DNA of 64,000 nucleotides, taken from contig OZ260666.1 in assembly GCA_965285935.1 (NCBI GenBank), positions 47,120,001 to 47,184,000 on the forward strand. The letters are read 5' to 3'. Source of the DNA: Ophelia neglecta. Lineage: Eukaryota. Both the position numbers and the translations under genes were made by a program. This document shows positions 1 through 13,800 of this stretch, piece by piece. The notes beneath the pieces were generated by a model. The model ran no database searches and was not told the origin of the DNA. It was given only the letters and a program-made list of their open reading frames with translations. Positions within the stretch are counted from its first letter, which is position 1. Every line of letters starts with the position of its first letter.

Positions 1-2736
1 ATTCAGCTAAATGTAACAGACACTCTGACTGTATAATACGCTATAGTGACCTGTTGCTTTTGATAAGATATGAGTATTTTTAATGTTTTCTATAGTTTTG
101 TCTTTATTTTTACTTTGAGCATGCAAGTAAACTCTGTTTCTCTTATTTAAAGATTATTTGAAATTTTTATATAGATGATATATTTGTGAATACTTTTATT
201 ACCATGTGTAAAATGCCTAGTTTTTTAATTTGTTAAGTAGTGCAATTTTTTTCAACTGGACATCATTGTTTTTTCTTTCACTTAATATTAGACAAAAAAT
301 GGCAAAGTAACCTGGTGACCGGGGACAATAAGAAAAAATACTGGCAGGTAGTGTATAGGCGTGGCTTCTGGTACATTCTCACTTAGATACTTTTGCTGTG
401 TTTTTTTACATGTACATATACAGTATGTCATAGTTCAAGTGTGTAGCATTAATTTTTTTATTTCACCTTAACTCAAGTGTTAATATTATAATGCTGACAA
501 TTACTCATGGTTTATAGTTTTAGTAATCTCACTATACTAGCTTCTATATGCAATTTGTATCAGTAATTATTTAACCATGTTTGCAGAGTATTATGCAAAC
601 CACTTACATGTCCACTTCTTTGGTAGACTACCTGTCTCAGAGTCAGGGCCACACTTAAAGGTGTCTTCTCTAATTTGTCATCAGTGACCCATGTAGGTAG
701 CAGTATGTGATGTACATTTACTGTAGATTTATACATGAACCTACCTACCTTGTATTTTCCTATGTGCACTTATGTACAGTATCAGTATATATAACTGCCT
801 TATAATTTTCTATTCATTTAAGGGGTCTTTTTCATACGTTATTCATCAAAATTATGTAAAAGTGTTACCGGTACCTCTTCTTTATTTGAGCCAGGTGTTC
901 TTTTAACAACTTAGTAATAGAGCTTTGTTGTGAGAGTAGTGTGTCATATTTGTTTTGACCTTATGGAAATTAAGAAAATGATTTGATTAGTGAGAAGAAA
1001 AGAAATACATTTCCTGACCAATTTTCCTTTTTCACAATGTGTTTTGTTTTGAACTTCTAGGAAACATTAACTCTTCTCCTGATTCGTGTATGTGTAGCAG
1101 TTAACCTTCACAATTATAGTATATTGCACCTGCAATTCAACAGGTATACATATGGTCATTGTACTGGCACACATAATACCAGATGTACAATTCATCCTTT
1201 TTCAAGATAATAAATGATTTTATGAATGCTATCTACAGTGCATAGTAATGCTGTAGAATCATACTATGATCCACATTCAACATGCTCAAATCAATATTTG
1301 TTTAATATACCTAACTGTTACTTTAATCAAACCAATGTCCATCTGTTATATCAACACAAAGATAAACATTTACTGTCTGGTAATGTACGATGAAGATTAA
1401 AAGTACTATTGACAGTAGAGTTTAAGGTAAATCCTAGATTCTGCAGATGCCCATGTTGTCAAGCCAGCTTTTCTTAAGCCTAAACCTGTGTCAGACAAGC
1501 ACAGTTGAAAGACTGAAAAAACCTCTTTCAAACATCTGCCCTTAATATTTATGGTCTCAGTGCTCAGCCTTTATGTTCAGCAAACAATTTAAGTTAAGCT
1601 GGGGAGTCCATTGCATTATAGATACCGTGTTCTTAGAATTACAATTGTATACCAGCAAATAAGTACTAAACATACTTTAGATATTTTTAAATGGCCACTG
1701 AATCTTAATGTTAGCCATGTAACACTATAAAGAAGGACCTTTTATTCGGTTGACCCCATGTTCAAGAATTTAACATGCCTTTTTACATCTAATAATAGAA
1801 TAGGGATTCCCTTTTTTTTACTGCCCCCTTTAACCCTCTGGGTTTTTTGTTCTTTTTTACTTCTGTGTTGGACAGTCTGCCCGCCCCAGATGAATACACA
1901 ACATTATAATATTATGTTCATGTGTATGTCTGCTTAATTCGAATAATAACAGTTTGTTTGCATCCCTTGGTCTGGAATAATCTAATCACTGTGGCCAATA
2001 TTCAAAGTACAAATGTGTGCTACCTTCCCTTGTGTTAATCATGTCATTGTTTGTGAAGACGGGGAATCTTGTGGTCTGGACTCTTTGACAGGTTTGTCTT
2101 CAGTTATTGTAACCCTAACACCTAGAAAATGTAGTGAACGACACTTGTTTAATGTAGCAATAATTACGTTTTTTTTAGGAAATCATGACAGTTTGTTCTT
2201 TGTTAATCCAAAGCACTTCTCTCTAATAGTGACAATATAATTTGTAAACTTTGTAATAGTTTTTGTAATTATGAGAAGTATTCAATATATATATCTACCA
2301 TACTCTGTTTATATTAATGGGTAATTTGATGACAGAAATTCGTGCATGACCACTCGAGCAGTCTTTATTGGCAAACGAGTGAATCATCGATGAATAAGGT
2401 GAAGAATAGTTTAAACCATGACCTTAGATACTTGAATTACTATCCTTTTTGCACCTAGATTTGGGACTTAAATGTTAGAGCTAGTCTATCATGTCTATGT
2501 ACATGTAACCAAAAATATATTGTATGGTGCATGCTATTATTATAGTGTACTGATATCTTCTATAAAACAGACCTAAGTGTTTATTTTAACATGTTGTACA
2601 TGTACAGTTTGAGATAATTGAGTAATGGTTCAATAACCAGTATATGGATGAGCCTGATTGTGAATCAAAGTTGAATACTGATCAATTAGGTGGATGCATT
2701 ATCATATTATTGTACATGTATGTTTGGGATCTCCAG

Positions 2737-3051
2737 GTAATTTCTGACACAGAGCAGGAGCTTGATATAGTGAGTACAAGCAGTTTGGAGGCAGAGATGG
2801 GGCAGAAACATGGACGACAATCTAACAGCTACAGGCTGAACCACAACACATTAGAAGAGAAGCCTTCGCTATACCGGCAGAACACAGTACCTGCTGTCAG
2901 TAGTAACATACTGTCAGAGCCACTCAATCATAAACTACTCCCACCGGCCACTGCACAGACTGACATAGGAAATCACAGTATCATTTTGCCAGAGCCATCT
3001 CCGGAGAAAGTCAACTTAGCTGAGTACTCCACTGAGAGTGATAAACCTGAG
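2737..3051 (+). CDS. Candidate alternative 5' coding exon of the IP3 3-kinase gene (contains MGQKHGRQS...ESDKPE)
   Basis: Acceptor ctccag at 2731-2736, open frame throughout, ATG at 2797 in strong context (gagATGG), phase-0 donor GAG|gtaggg after 3051. The phase fits the kinase exon at 9250. No recognisable domain, so linkage to the kinase is inferred. Confidence 0.5.
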
Positions 3052-3645
3052 GTAGGGTACAGTTTGTGTGAAAATCCGAGCCCACCTGATTTGTTCAAGA
3101 CCAATCATTTGATTTTTTCATCAACATATTTTGGCTTTTTGTATACAGTTTTGGATTGTCTTTGTGCATTCATAAGAAGAGTGGAGATGATTTACTTGTT
3201 TTATAAGCATGAACTTGGTTGGTTTTTTTTTTATCCAAATTAAAAACGATTCATTGTAAATATGTGTGTTTTATTTTTCTACCACATAAATGACCTTGCT
3301 AGATTTTAGTCATAAAGGAAAATGAAAAGAATAGTTGATTGATTTTTGTCAGTAAATTAGTTTGTGTTTTGATTAGATCATTCAATTTCATTTAAATGGA
3401 TTTTTTTCAAATATTTCATTACTAAAGATTATATTGTTATTGATGCATCGCACTAACATTAGTATTCGCTAGTGGCCCTCAAGTAGCACAAACACAACTC
3501 GCAGCCAATGAGAGCCAGGCAGACGTCATTGTAAAGGTCAAACCATCTAGGTCAGCAGTGAATCTCTCAGTGTTGTTTGCTATAATTGATTTTCCCTAAC
3601 AAAGGGCTGGGGAAGCCTACAGGATTTTATATATACATATATATA

Positions 3646-3828
3646 CAGAAAACCTGTAAATTAAGACCAACCAAGGGACTGAGAAATACTGGTCTTATTA
3701 TAGAGGTGGTCTTTTTGGGCAGGTTATTTTACATAGAAAGTCCACACTATGGGCTTGATATTAGTGGTCTAAATTGGCAGGTGGTCTGAATATAATTATA
3801 TAGGTGGTCTTTAAGGCAGGTTTCACTG
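3646..3828. mobile_element. Tc1/mariner-pogo-like MITE (CAGTGAAACCTG-type TIRs, TA flanks)
   Basis: Ends ta-CAGAAAACCTG ... CAGGTTTCACTG-ta with internal GGTGGTCT repeats; its right end is the reverse complement of the left end of the copy at 61537. Confidence 0.75.
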
Positions 3829-6800
3829 TATATTAATTGCTATAATGCTCTCCATAGGAAGGGAGTCACAGTCTGGACATACTCTTCTTCCCAGTTACTC
3901 AGGGGGGGGGGGGGGGGGGAATGGGGTGGTCATGCTGGAAAATGGTTCAAGGGGACGCAGAAATAGGGACATAGTTTTTGAAAATTAACTTTAAAATGTG
4001 CATGCCCACAAAATTATTGCCCAACACTCACTGGCTGTGTGTGTTGTCCATTGAGAAACCTGTGTGGAATTATGGATAGCCACATTTAGAGCCACCCATC
4101 AATAACAATAAAATCTATAATACTTAATGTTATGTTTTAGTCCATTTGTATCACAATATTAACGTAGATTATTATTGTAGTACTGCTGTAGTGTTTGGAT
4201 AATTACTGCATGTTTGTAATTTGTAATACAGTGTACTTAATAATAAATTGGAAGAGGGTTTCTAATACACAATTTCAGACCATGACCTCAGTGCCATCAT
4301 GTTATCCCCATAATGATAGGGTAGAACTACCCCCACCACTAATATTCTGAGACTAACATACTGTTACAAGTACTTGTAGATGTTTCAAACGACTGTATAA
4401 CAAAAACATGTATGATATTGTTTTTACTGACATATATTGTTCCACCATACATGAAAGGTTATATTTATGTCATTGCCTGAAAATAATCTGTCAGTTATAA
4501 TGTTCTACTGTACTTGGTATGAGGATACACATAATACACATGAATATTTATTACTGGTAGAACACGCAACCATCATTTTTACTCAATTTCACAGGAATAA
4601 AATGTTTTCAGGATTTACAGGATTCTCCACCATGAGCTGCTGCAATGAAATTTAAAGGCCTGAAATTCATTTGAACATGCCCTCAACTCTTCTTTTGGTT
4701 TTTAGAGATGAAGCATGGAATCTAAGTTATTTTAGGTGGAAAAACAAATTTGCAATCATATTCATTTGGAATTTAACTGCAATATTTCCAACCTATCGTA
4801 GGACCCCAAAGTTGTATCATAATTATTATGCAGTTCAAAGATGACAGGATGTCAGCTTTTCATCAGTTTTTGTGACTCCAGTCTAAGTGATGGAGAATCT
4901 AAGAATCTAAGAATCTTAGCAAGTTTTGATATTCTGGGCACACAATTTAAGAGATTTACTATGTAGAGTGGCATGGGAAGTGACTCTATGGTAAGCGTTT
5001 TCCTACAATCTAGCAACCAATAGGTGTGAATTACACTGATATTTTGACTTGGTTTTGATTTTGCTAGTACTGACTGTTGCCTGCTAGGAATACCTGTAGC
5101 CTGTCTCTATAAATCAATACTAGTTGGTGTGTCAAATAGGATCCAAATAAAAGGTAGTACTTTTATTTAACACCTGTATTAAAGTTACTAGGCCTGAGGT
5201 AGCTAAGATTCATAGGTCTGTATCCATTTCGAATGTCATATTGGTTGGCTTTGCATAGCTGGGGCCCATGGCCCTCCAGTCTCTAAGCATCTGTGATATA
5301 ACACTAGTAATAAACCTAAGCTATGAATTTAGCCAGGGCTGAGTGCTACTCAACAAGAACTGTGCCACCAGGAGAGTGAGCCAGAGTAAGTTGCTGTTTC
5401 CTCAACATATATATAAGGCTTGTTTTAATGTATTTTCAACTTTTTTTGCACTGTAATCCTTTGAACTGAGTTAAAATGATATAAATGCCTCTATAAGCAA
5501 GATCCCCCAAAATTCCCAGGTGTATCCATAAATATATCACTGAGTAATAGACAATAAATACAGGTTGCAAGCTACTACACACCTACTGTACATTCAAGGC
5601 TAAGGCCATACAATTTTTATTTGTTGGTTTACAGGAGTATTTTCCCGAAACCACAATGAGGCAGGAAAAATAAAAATAAGATCTCACTTTTTTTTATAGC
5701 TTTTTTCTAAATCAAAGTGAGTCATTGTTGTAAACCAACAAGTTAAAATCATACAGCTTAAATATAAATATACATATTCCCCCGTGCTTTCTTTTTTCAA
5801 TTAAAGTTGCTTGGGAAATTGTAAAGCATGTGCAGAGAAAAGTAGGTGTCAAAAAAAGGCCTGAAGTCCAGAGAAATGAATGTGTTGCTGGTGCCAGGCA
5901 AATGAGACAAAGGTTACAATCACTAGTAGCCTGTAAAAGTAAGCACTGTTTAGATGGTCCTGTCTGATTCCGACTTGGTTACATTGGTGTTACATGTATA
6001 GGCATACTCGGGATCTAAGTGGTCAGGGAAAAATTTCTTTACTGTCCATGAATGGATGTGCAGCTACCCAAAATGTGCCCTGCACAGTGCCTTTGTTAAT
6101 ATCTATGCTGGTATGGTACTACCTACCTAGGGGTCAAACTACCTCAAACGCAGAAGTCAGCATGGGTATGGCGACATAGGATTGGTTGTTTTCATGACTT
6201 TCGACTGATTATTTAAATACAAGGGTACCCTTTAAAAATGAGGGTGTGGTGAGAAAGTGAAAAAAAAACATGAAACTTATTTTTAACCTCAGTAATATTG
6301 CAAGCGTGTGCTTTGGCTCTAAGTCATCCAATATTTAATCAATGTAATGTAAAACCCTCGGTGTGGGACTTGATTTATGTGTAAATTGCACAGGATTTTT
6401 AATGGCACAAATTATATACAAGAAAGTATTCTGCATTACCGGTATATTAATTTTAGACCCTTCAGTTTGGTGATGAGATTTTAGGTTTTTTGGACTGAAT
6501 GATTTAACACCTGCACAAAGCTTGTCAAAATTGAATCAATAATAATAAAAATGTGACAGATATTGAGGAATGAGCTCAGATGTAAGAGAAGCATCCTTTG
6601 GGTTTTATTAGCTTAAACTCTCATGGCAAAATTTTAATCCTTTAGATTCTGTCGTGGTTGTTAAATTTAATTTTCATTGGAATTTAAATTTAATTTTCAT
6701 TGGAATAGTTATTTCACATTTTATTTTTGGTATTGACGTTGGTTTCTTTAAAGCACATGTCTTTTTCTGCCTTGCTTATAGGAAACAAAACCACTGAGCA

Positions 6801-7002
6801 TACGTGATTACTGAAAAGCATCTAAGTATTGTTACTACCAAATAAAGTTACAATGAGTTCACCATATGTTCTCTTGATGCCTCTCTTTAGTTAATAAGTG
6901 TTAGAGCTAGGTGTAAAAAGAATACATATGCGCCACCTTTCTGCTGACTTTGTCTGCATCACTTATCAGTTTACAGGTGTGTGTATAATAGGTGTGTGCT
7001 GC

Positions 7003-7201
7003 TGCTGACTCAGCCGCAGGCCATAGCATTAGTGTACGACTTGCTATGGATGACAGGTGGGAGATTCATAATAGAATCTTCATCACTTACAGACCTAGCA
7101 CACTCCCTATCTCTATAAAAGAGGGACTTGGATCTATCATAAAATTCATGTTGTTGATTTTTTGATTTTTCGGATTATTTGCTTGATGTTTTCTGTGTGA
7201 G
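7003..7201 (+). promoter_or_regulatory. Putative internal promoter and first non-coding exon for the MGCL isoform of IP3K
   Basis: TGCTGACTCAGC (MARE/ARE-like) at 7003-7014, TATAAAAG at 7114-7121, donor G|gttagt after 7201, and a strong acceptor tttcttgcag ending 7571 upstream of ATG 7839. Confidence 0.45.
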
Positions 7202-7838
7202 GTTAGTATGAACTAAAGTGGTAGTGAGAAGTTTTGTACTAAGAACCCAATAATTAAGGCACTGTGCATATACCTGGACATATCAATAAACCATTCAGCT
7301 ATTATTAAATTTGATTATCAATTTTGCAAAAAAAGTATTATTCTCATGAAAATTAATATCTAATTAATTGTTTCTGTACATGTTTCTGTACTTGTAACCA
7401 CTTATTAAATATTATTATATTTATGCTGTACATGTATAGATAGGTTGTAGACCTCCTGTTAATGGCTTAGCAGAGAAAATCCATTGTTGTTTTCCCGGAC
7501 ATACTGTGCGATGTGACTGTTAACGAGTTATTATAAATGTAATAGTTTTCTTTGTTGCCACTTTCTTGCAGGAGATAATTGTGGAAAGAACCTTTCATTG
7601 AAATCGACATGAATGACAAATGTCAAAACCAAAGCAGTTGGCCAGATTTGAACACAAGACACAAAACAATATCAGTTTGGTGTAAAACACATATACTTAG
7701 TATCAATGCTAATTTCTGTATGGTACAAGTATTATACAATTAGCGTCAGTATGCTAATATGCTGGTAACTGCCACAGATACAAATAGTATACAAGTGATA
7801 ATCTCAGTCTACCCCGGTGTATTTGTTAATGTGGTAGT

Positions 7839-10800
7839 ATGGGTTGCTTGCCTGGCAAGGAGGAGATTCCTATCACTGTTAATGACGAGTCTAGCCGGTC
7901 AATGATTCCTATCTCCACAATTTCATACACTCAAAAAGTAGAGAAAATACCAAACGAACTCAGTGGAAATGTTAACAATGTAGAAGCCAACATTCGGTAT
8001 CGAGAACGTCATTTTGTGACACCACTACTGACTGTAGGTAACATCGACCCAGACCGACTCAGCCTGCAAAATATTTCAATTGACGGGCTGACCCTCTCGG
8101 ACTTGTTTGACACTGAAAAAAGTGAATGGCACTTCCCTAAGTGGGGGCATCACAAAAAATGTTCTGTCTGTTCCTGTAATGGTGGCAACGGACAACCGAA
8201 CTCCGTGAGAACCAAGTATGGAGATACGAAGAAACGGAACAATCAGAAACACATATATGGCAGGGAAGAGTGTACAATGGGCTGCAAGTTTATCAACCTC
8301 TTGGCAATGGTGGGCCTGCAATTTAAATAGTTGTTTGGTGAAATGTTGTTATCAGTATCTGTACACAGTAAACATGTATCAAGCACTTATTAATGCATGG
8401 TGAAAGATGTAAGAAGACTTGTACTTTTCTTTTAAACGTGTACTTCTCTTTCAACAAAATATTTTCATGTATCTATTCTCTCATTATAAACTACCATATG
8501 CTCTAATCTACCCAACAATAGCCAACCACAACAAAAGAATAACTTTGATATACATGTTCCTTGAAATAGTTATTCTAAACTGAACCTGTATTTTACTTGT
8601 AATCTTGTAATCTTGATTTACTGAATCCATTTCTCTGCCATAAACTAAATGTCTGAGTTACAATTTGGGTCATTATCAACCTGTATTTCCATCATTTATA
8701 GTAATCACAAGTGTTACAAGTTTATTTTGAAGACTCTCCATGTTCTATATGCACCTGAAGTAGAATAAACTGTTTGCTTTCCCAATGTTAATGTTGTAAA
8801 CCATTCTGACAGATTTATTTTTCAGATTCTCCTTTTTTTTTAAATGAATGTTCCTTCGTTGCTGAGAGTGTTGTTTGAGCAAGTTTTCATCTTAGTGCCT
8901 GATTTTTACATGATTAACTGTGTTAGTGAGAAAGTTGCACGTCCCTTCTGCCCTAGAAAGTTCATGGTTTGGGGTTCTAATGCATGGACTATTCCTAACT
9001 CATTTGCTATCATGATTTATAAACCATTTTAATGTATATCATTTACCAATACAGCCTCAGTGAATTAATATTAACAAAAATATATTCGATTTTTATTGGT
9101 CATGCTATTTTCATATTGATTGGCTTATTTCTGTTAAACATAATATCATGCTATTTATGATGCCTTCACTTGTTATCTTATCTGATCTGTCATCCGCAGT
9201 AGACGGCTGACTCATAATGATTCAGTCTTCAAACTTTTGATTATTTCAGAATGCCCTTGATTTAACTGCCCCAGCTAGTGATGCCTTATTGAAAAACAGA
9301 AAAAATGCGTGGGTTCAACTTGCAGGCCATCCAGGTAAATAACTATGATTTATCATTAACTATTTCTTTACTAAATGTCATCCCTTAAAGCATGCATTAA
9401 ATCATTGTCACATGCTTGTTCTATTGAATACAATTGTTTAAAACTAAATATAATTTATTGACTAGAGGTACATGTTTAATAATTATCATAACAAGTTTTG
9501 ATTATTGGAACAAGAGTACATAGTTGTTTGTCTTACATTAGCATTGTAGCAGAGATGATGCCCTTTATAAATGGCTAACCACCATCAGCAAATGTGTAAG
9601 CTGTGCATAAAAAGAATAACCTCTGCTATGTAGGGAAGGTGTCCTGTTCAACTAGTTATTGATATTTTCATTATGTTTTGGTTATGGAAAGCTACCAGGT
9701 AGATAGTATTAAGAAAAATAAAGTCATGCATCTTGACATTAGAAGTAAAAGTGTTGATATTAACTGCAAAAGAAAATTAAAAAAGCAGCTCAATCTTATT
9801 GAGTTGCCTCTCTTATATTCCTCATAATAAGCAAGAATGCAATGTTGCAGATGAAAACAGCAGAACTAAAGGAGAAATTCATCACATAAAGATATGATAT
9901 GTAATATATAATAAGGACAAGACAGACTGATAGTGATGGGCCAATGATCGATTATAATCGAAAGTCAGTTGGTTAGCTGTACGAACCAAGCTCTTGAATA
10001 AAAAATCCACTATCGATTTAGGCGGTTCACAGTCATAAATTCCTCATGTTTATTTATCTGTTTATATCAAGTGTCTTTTCTTCTGTGTGGCTGAATCAAC
10101 TTCTTGCAATCGCCATGTTTGTTTACCATAATACTTGTGTTTCCGGTCTTTTCGCAAACCTTCCGATCCTAACCCAAGCAGAGGGCAGTTTCATCAGTGT
10201 TGGCCGGCTGTGATGCAAGCCACTGCATTGCCGGCACGTTACTGGTTACCGAGCATATTGGCGGTCCCTAGGATTTCTACATGCTAGCGAACAGATTATC
10301 TCAATCATCGATTGGTTTGTCTTAACCAATTATCGATTATGAAAATTTAAACCAACTCCCATCACTAATCACTGAATTTTTGGCACACTAGCATGCCTGT
10401 ATCTGGAACAAAATGAACATAGAATGAAGACCGTCTGCAAACTCATGAATGTAAAATAGGTATGATTATAGCCTCTGTAAGGTCCTTTTTTACACATTTT
10501 TTTCAGGATCATTTGCCCCTGCAGGCCCTCACACGATATGGAAGAAACGCCTGACAAAGGAGAATAATGAGACAGTGGCATATCAGGCCTTAATGAATGA
10601 CAAATCTGTGAAAGACGTAGTACCGAAGTTTTACAGAGAAGTTGAATACAATGGCGACAGTATCCTTTAATACTGAGAATATTACTCACAATATGGTCAG
10701 ACATTATAGTAGAGTGAAATCAGCTTGGAAGTGTTTTTAATGAAGACCCTAGTTGATTCTGTTTATAGGATATGATAGGTCACAGACAAGCATGAAGCAG

Positions 10801-13800
10801 TAGATTACATATATATATATATATATACACTTGTTACAATTAAATGCTGAATATGGAAAGTAGGGAGAACTAAATGTAACTTCACCTCTGCTATATAAGG
10901 ATGATATTAAAAAGAACCGGAGAGTCAATTTCCACTATTAAAATGACTCAGTTTCTTACCTTTAATAGCAATTTGTTTTTTCCTTTAGCAAATAAATAGT
11001 ATTTATAGAAATTGAAGACCTCCTACAGCACTTCAGTGACCCATCTATAATGGATATTAAAATGGGAACAAGGTATGCAGCTGTATTTTTTAAATTTATT
11101 GAATCCTGAGATATTTTGTTGAAGCGAACCTTGGGCACAAGATGAGTTTGATGCAAAAAAAAGGTGTTTCAATTAAATGATGAAAAAAAATATACTAAAT
11201 GTGGTAGACAAATAGGACAAGGCATATAGAAGTGCAAGCCCCCTACCAATTATAAGGGAGAGTGAACAGTCCTGTCTGTCGCAAAACAGCTGACAAAGTC
11301 AAAGCAATAGATTGTCCCAACCCCATCCCCATCCCCACCCCCACTGCCTATAAACTATATACATGAAAGAATATTCTTACTGTGGGCCTAAGGTACAGCC
11401 TAAACAACAGGTGGTAAGTGAGGACAGACCTAACAACATATCCCCCCTTTTTTTCAAAAAGGGTGGGGGCAATAAGCAAATGTTCAATAATATCTATGTG
11501 ATATTATATTAATGAAAATGCTCTAAAATGATGGAAGTATCATATTATCCCTTGTTTTCAAACTCAAAAGAAAATGATGTATCATCTTGTTGTCATTTAC
11601 CAGGACTTTTTTGGAATCTGAGGTAAAGAATGCAGTTTTAAGGAAAGATTTATATGAGAAGATGGTGAAACTAGATCCCAATGAGCCAACAGATGAGGAG
11701 CATGATCAGAAGGCTATCACAAAATTACGATATATGCAAGTAAGTGGCAAGAAAAATAAATCCATTTATCACATAGTATCATAAAATAGCATAGACCCTC
11801 CAACCACATCACTTTATCATTGTTTAAAATAATATGTGACACAATAACTGAGAAAAAATAATTAAGATTTTATTAATGATTATTTTCCACATTACTAATT
11901 AATGCAAAATGATTTATATGTGAAGTTGTGATAATTTTATTATTCTATATTTGATTTAGAATGGTCTGAATTTCAGTTTCGTGAAAAAGGGAGTTCAACA
12001 GCAGATATGGGTTTTAGAATTGAAGCAATACGAGTGAGTAGAACAGTTTTAATCAGATTTGTGACTGTTAATGTGTGCAGGCATTATGTCTGGGCAATGC
12101 ATGCAATGCCAGAAATAGAAATAATATCTATGGCATGCTCAACTAATCAATAAACAGCAGCCTCATCTGTGGGAACCTAAGTCAACACTGTGGTGAAGGC
12201 ACGATTCTTATGATTGTGACAAAGGTTTTTTTCCGGAATCCTGTTTCATCTCAGGATCGACTTGGAGGCATATTCTTGAAAAACTAAATGCCCATCATGT
12301 TTAGTCTAAAAATAAAGCTTTTCTTGCATGTATATTCATGCGGATTGCACGACATTGTTCGACTGTCGATTTCAGTTGTGCTAGAAAATAAAAGTTACCC
12401 ATACAATGGGTGGTAGTTACAAGGTTGGAACATAAAAATTATTTGGCTGGCAGAATATACAGTTTCCTTCTCCTATATATATTTTGTTTATCATTAACCT
12501 TGTTAAAGGCAAAGAAAATAATGTTATTGTGAATATAATCTCAAGGAAACAAGACAGGATAACAACACAGTGTGTTACATTTTGTTAAACTCGATAAATG
12601 GATTACGTCACAGAGAATAATGTTTATGACGTCATATACACCAGGAGAAAAGGGCTGCGGACACTATAACCTTGCCTAACCACATCTGTTATTGCCTTAT
12701 TACATTGCCTTATTAAGAAAAATCAGCCCTCCCTCCCTTGGGTTACACTGTCAATTAAAATCTGGCTTAAAACGGAGAAAGAACACATCTGGAACAAGAC
12801 ATAAACAAACATGGAGTTTACTTCGAGCGTGACTGCTCAATTTCCATTCACGATTTTGTATCCTAGCAGTGTAACATATTGTTTAAATTAACTATGCTTT
12901 GCTTTCCTTATGATTATGTTATGAGTGACGATTCATGCAAAAAAAAAGGACTCTTGCAACAATTAACATTCTGGAAATGTGGTAAAAAATGTCCAATTTA
13001 CTGTTAATGGACCAGTTTCTCCACCAGTTTAAAGTAAAGGACAGTGAAAGTAAAACAAAAAAATAATAACAATAAATATATTTTTGTTCTACTTGTGATG
13101 GCTGCAGTATTCAGAAACTCATATGCTACGAGACAGAAACTTACTGTCCTCAAACACCCCAATGGTGAGTCCTGGAATAGAGGATTCCTTTACTCTAAAC
13201 CAACCCGCCTGTATCCTCTCCATTAATTAACACTGTGCACTCAAATCCAAATGTCTGCACAATCCTGAAACCATCACCTTTCTTAGTTTTTCTTACAACT
13301 TAAGTATATTATTAATATTATGTAGCACTAGGAAAACTACTATTTATGGAAGTTTTTTCGATTTATGTATATTATTTAGTTAGCATGTAAATATATTTAG
13401 AACACTCCTAATGAACGTGTGGGTTTAGAATCACTTATTTGTGTCTGTCCACATGCCCTGTGCCTTTGTCTCATGTTTACAAATCATAGTTGTTTAATCA
13501 GTGCCAATAAATAGTTGATAACAGACATTTTTGGTTTTAGTTTTACACATATCAGTCAGTGTTATACCCTGTTTGACAATATTTCCGAATTGACCCTACA
13601 TGATGATATACACGTATTAGCACCAGGGGCATATCCTACAATTTTAATGAAAATATGGCCAAGTTGAATTAGAGGTATATTTATAATTTGATTTTATCTG
13701 CCTAAGAAGACATCCATTAGTTTAATTAAATTTGAAGTTAATTTTAAATAAAATAATTTATGGTATTTCATAGTCTTAAGAACAAAAATCATTTTTGTTC

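Noticed and set aside
5300-5392. Additional IP3K 5' coding exon ending at GA|gtaagt
   Set aside because: A good donor is present, but I found no ATG-led frame with a phase fitting downstream exons; at most a non-coding exon.
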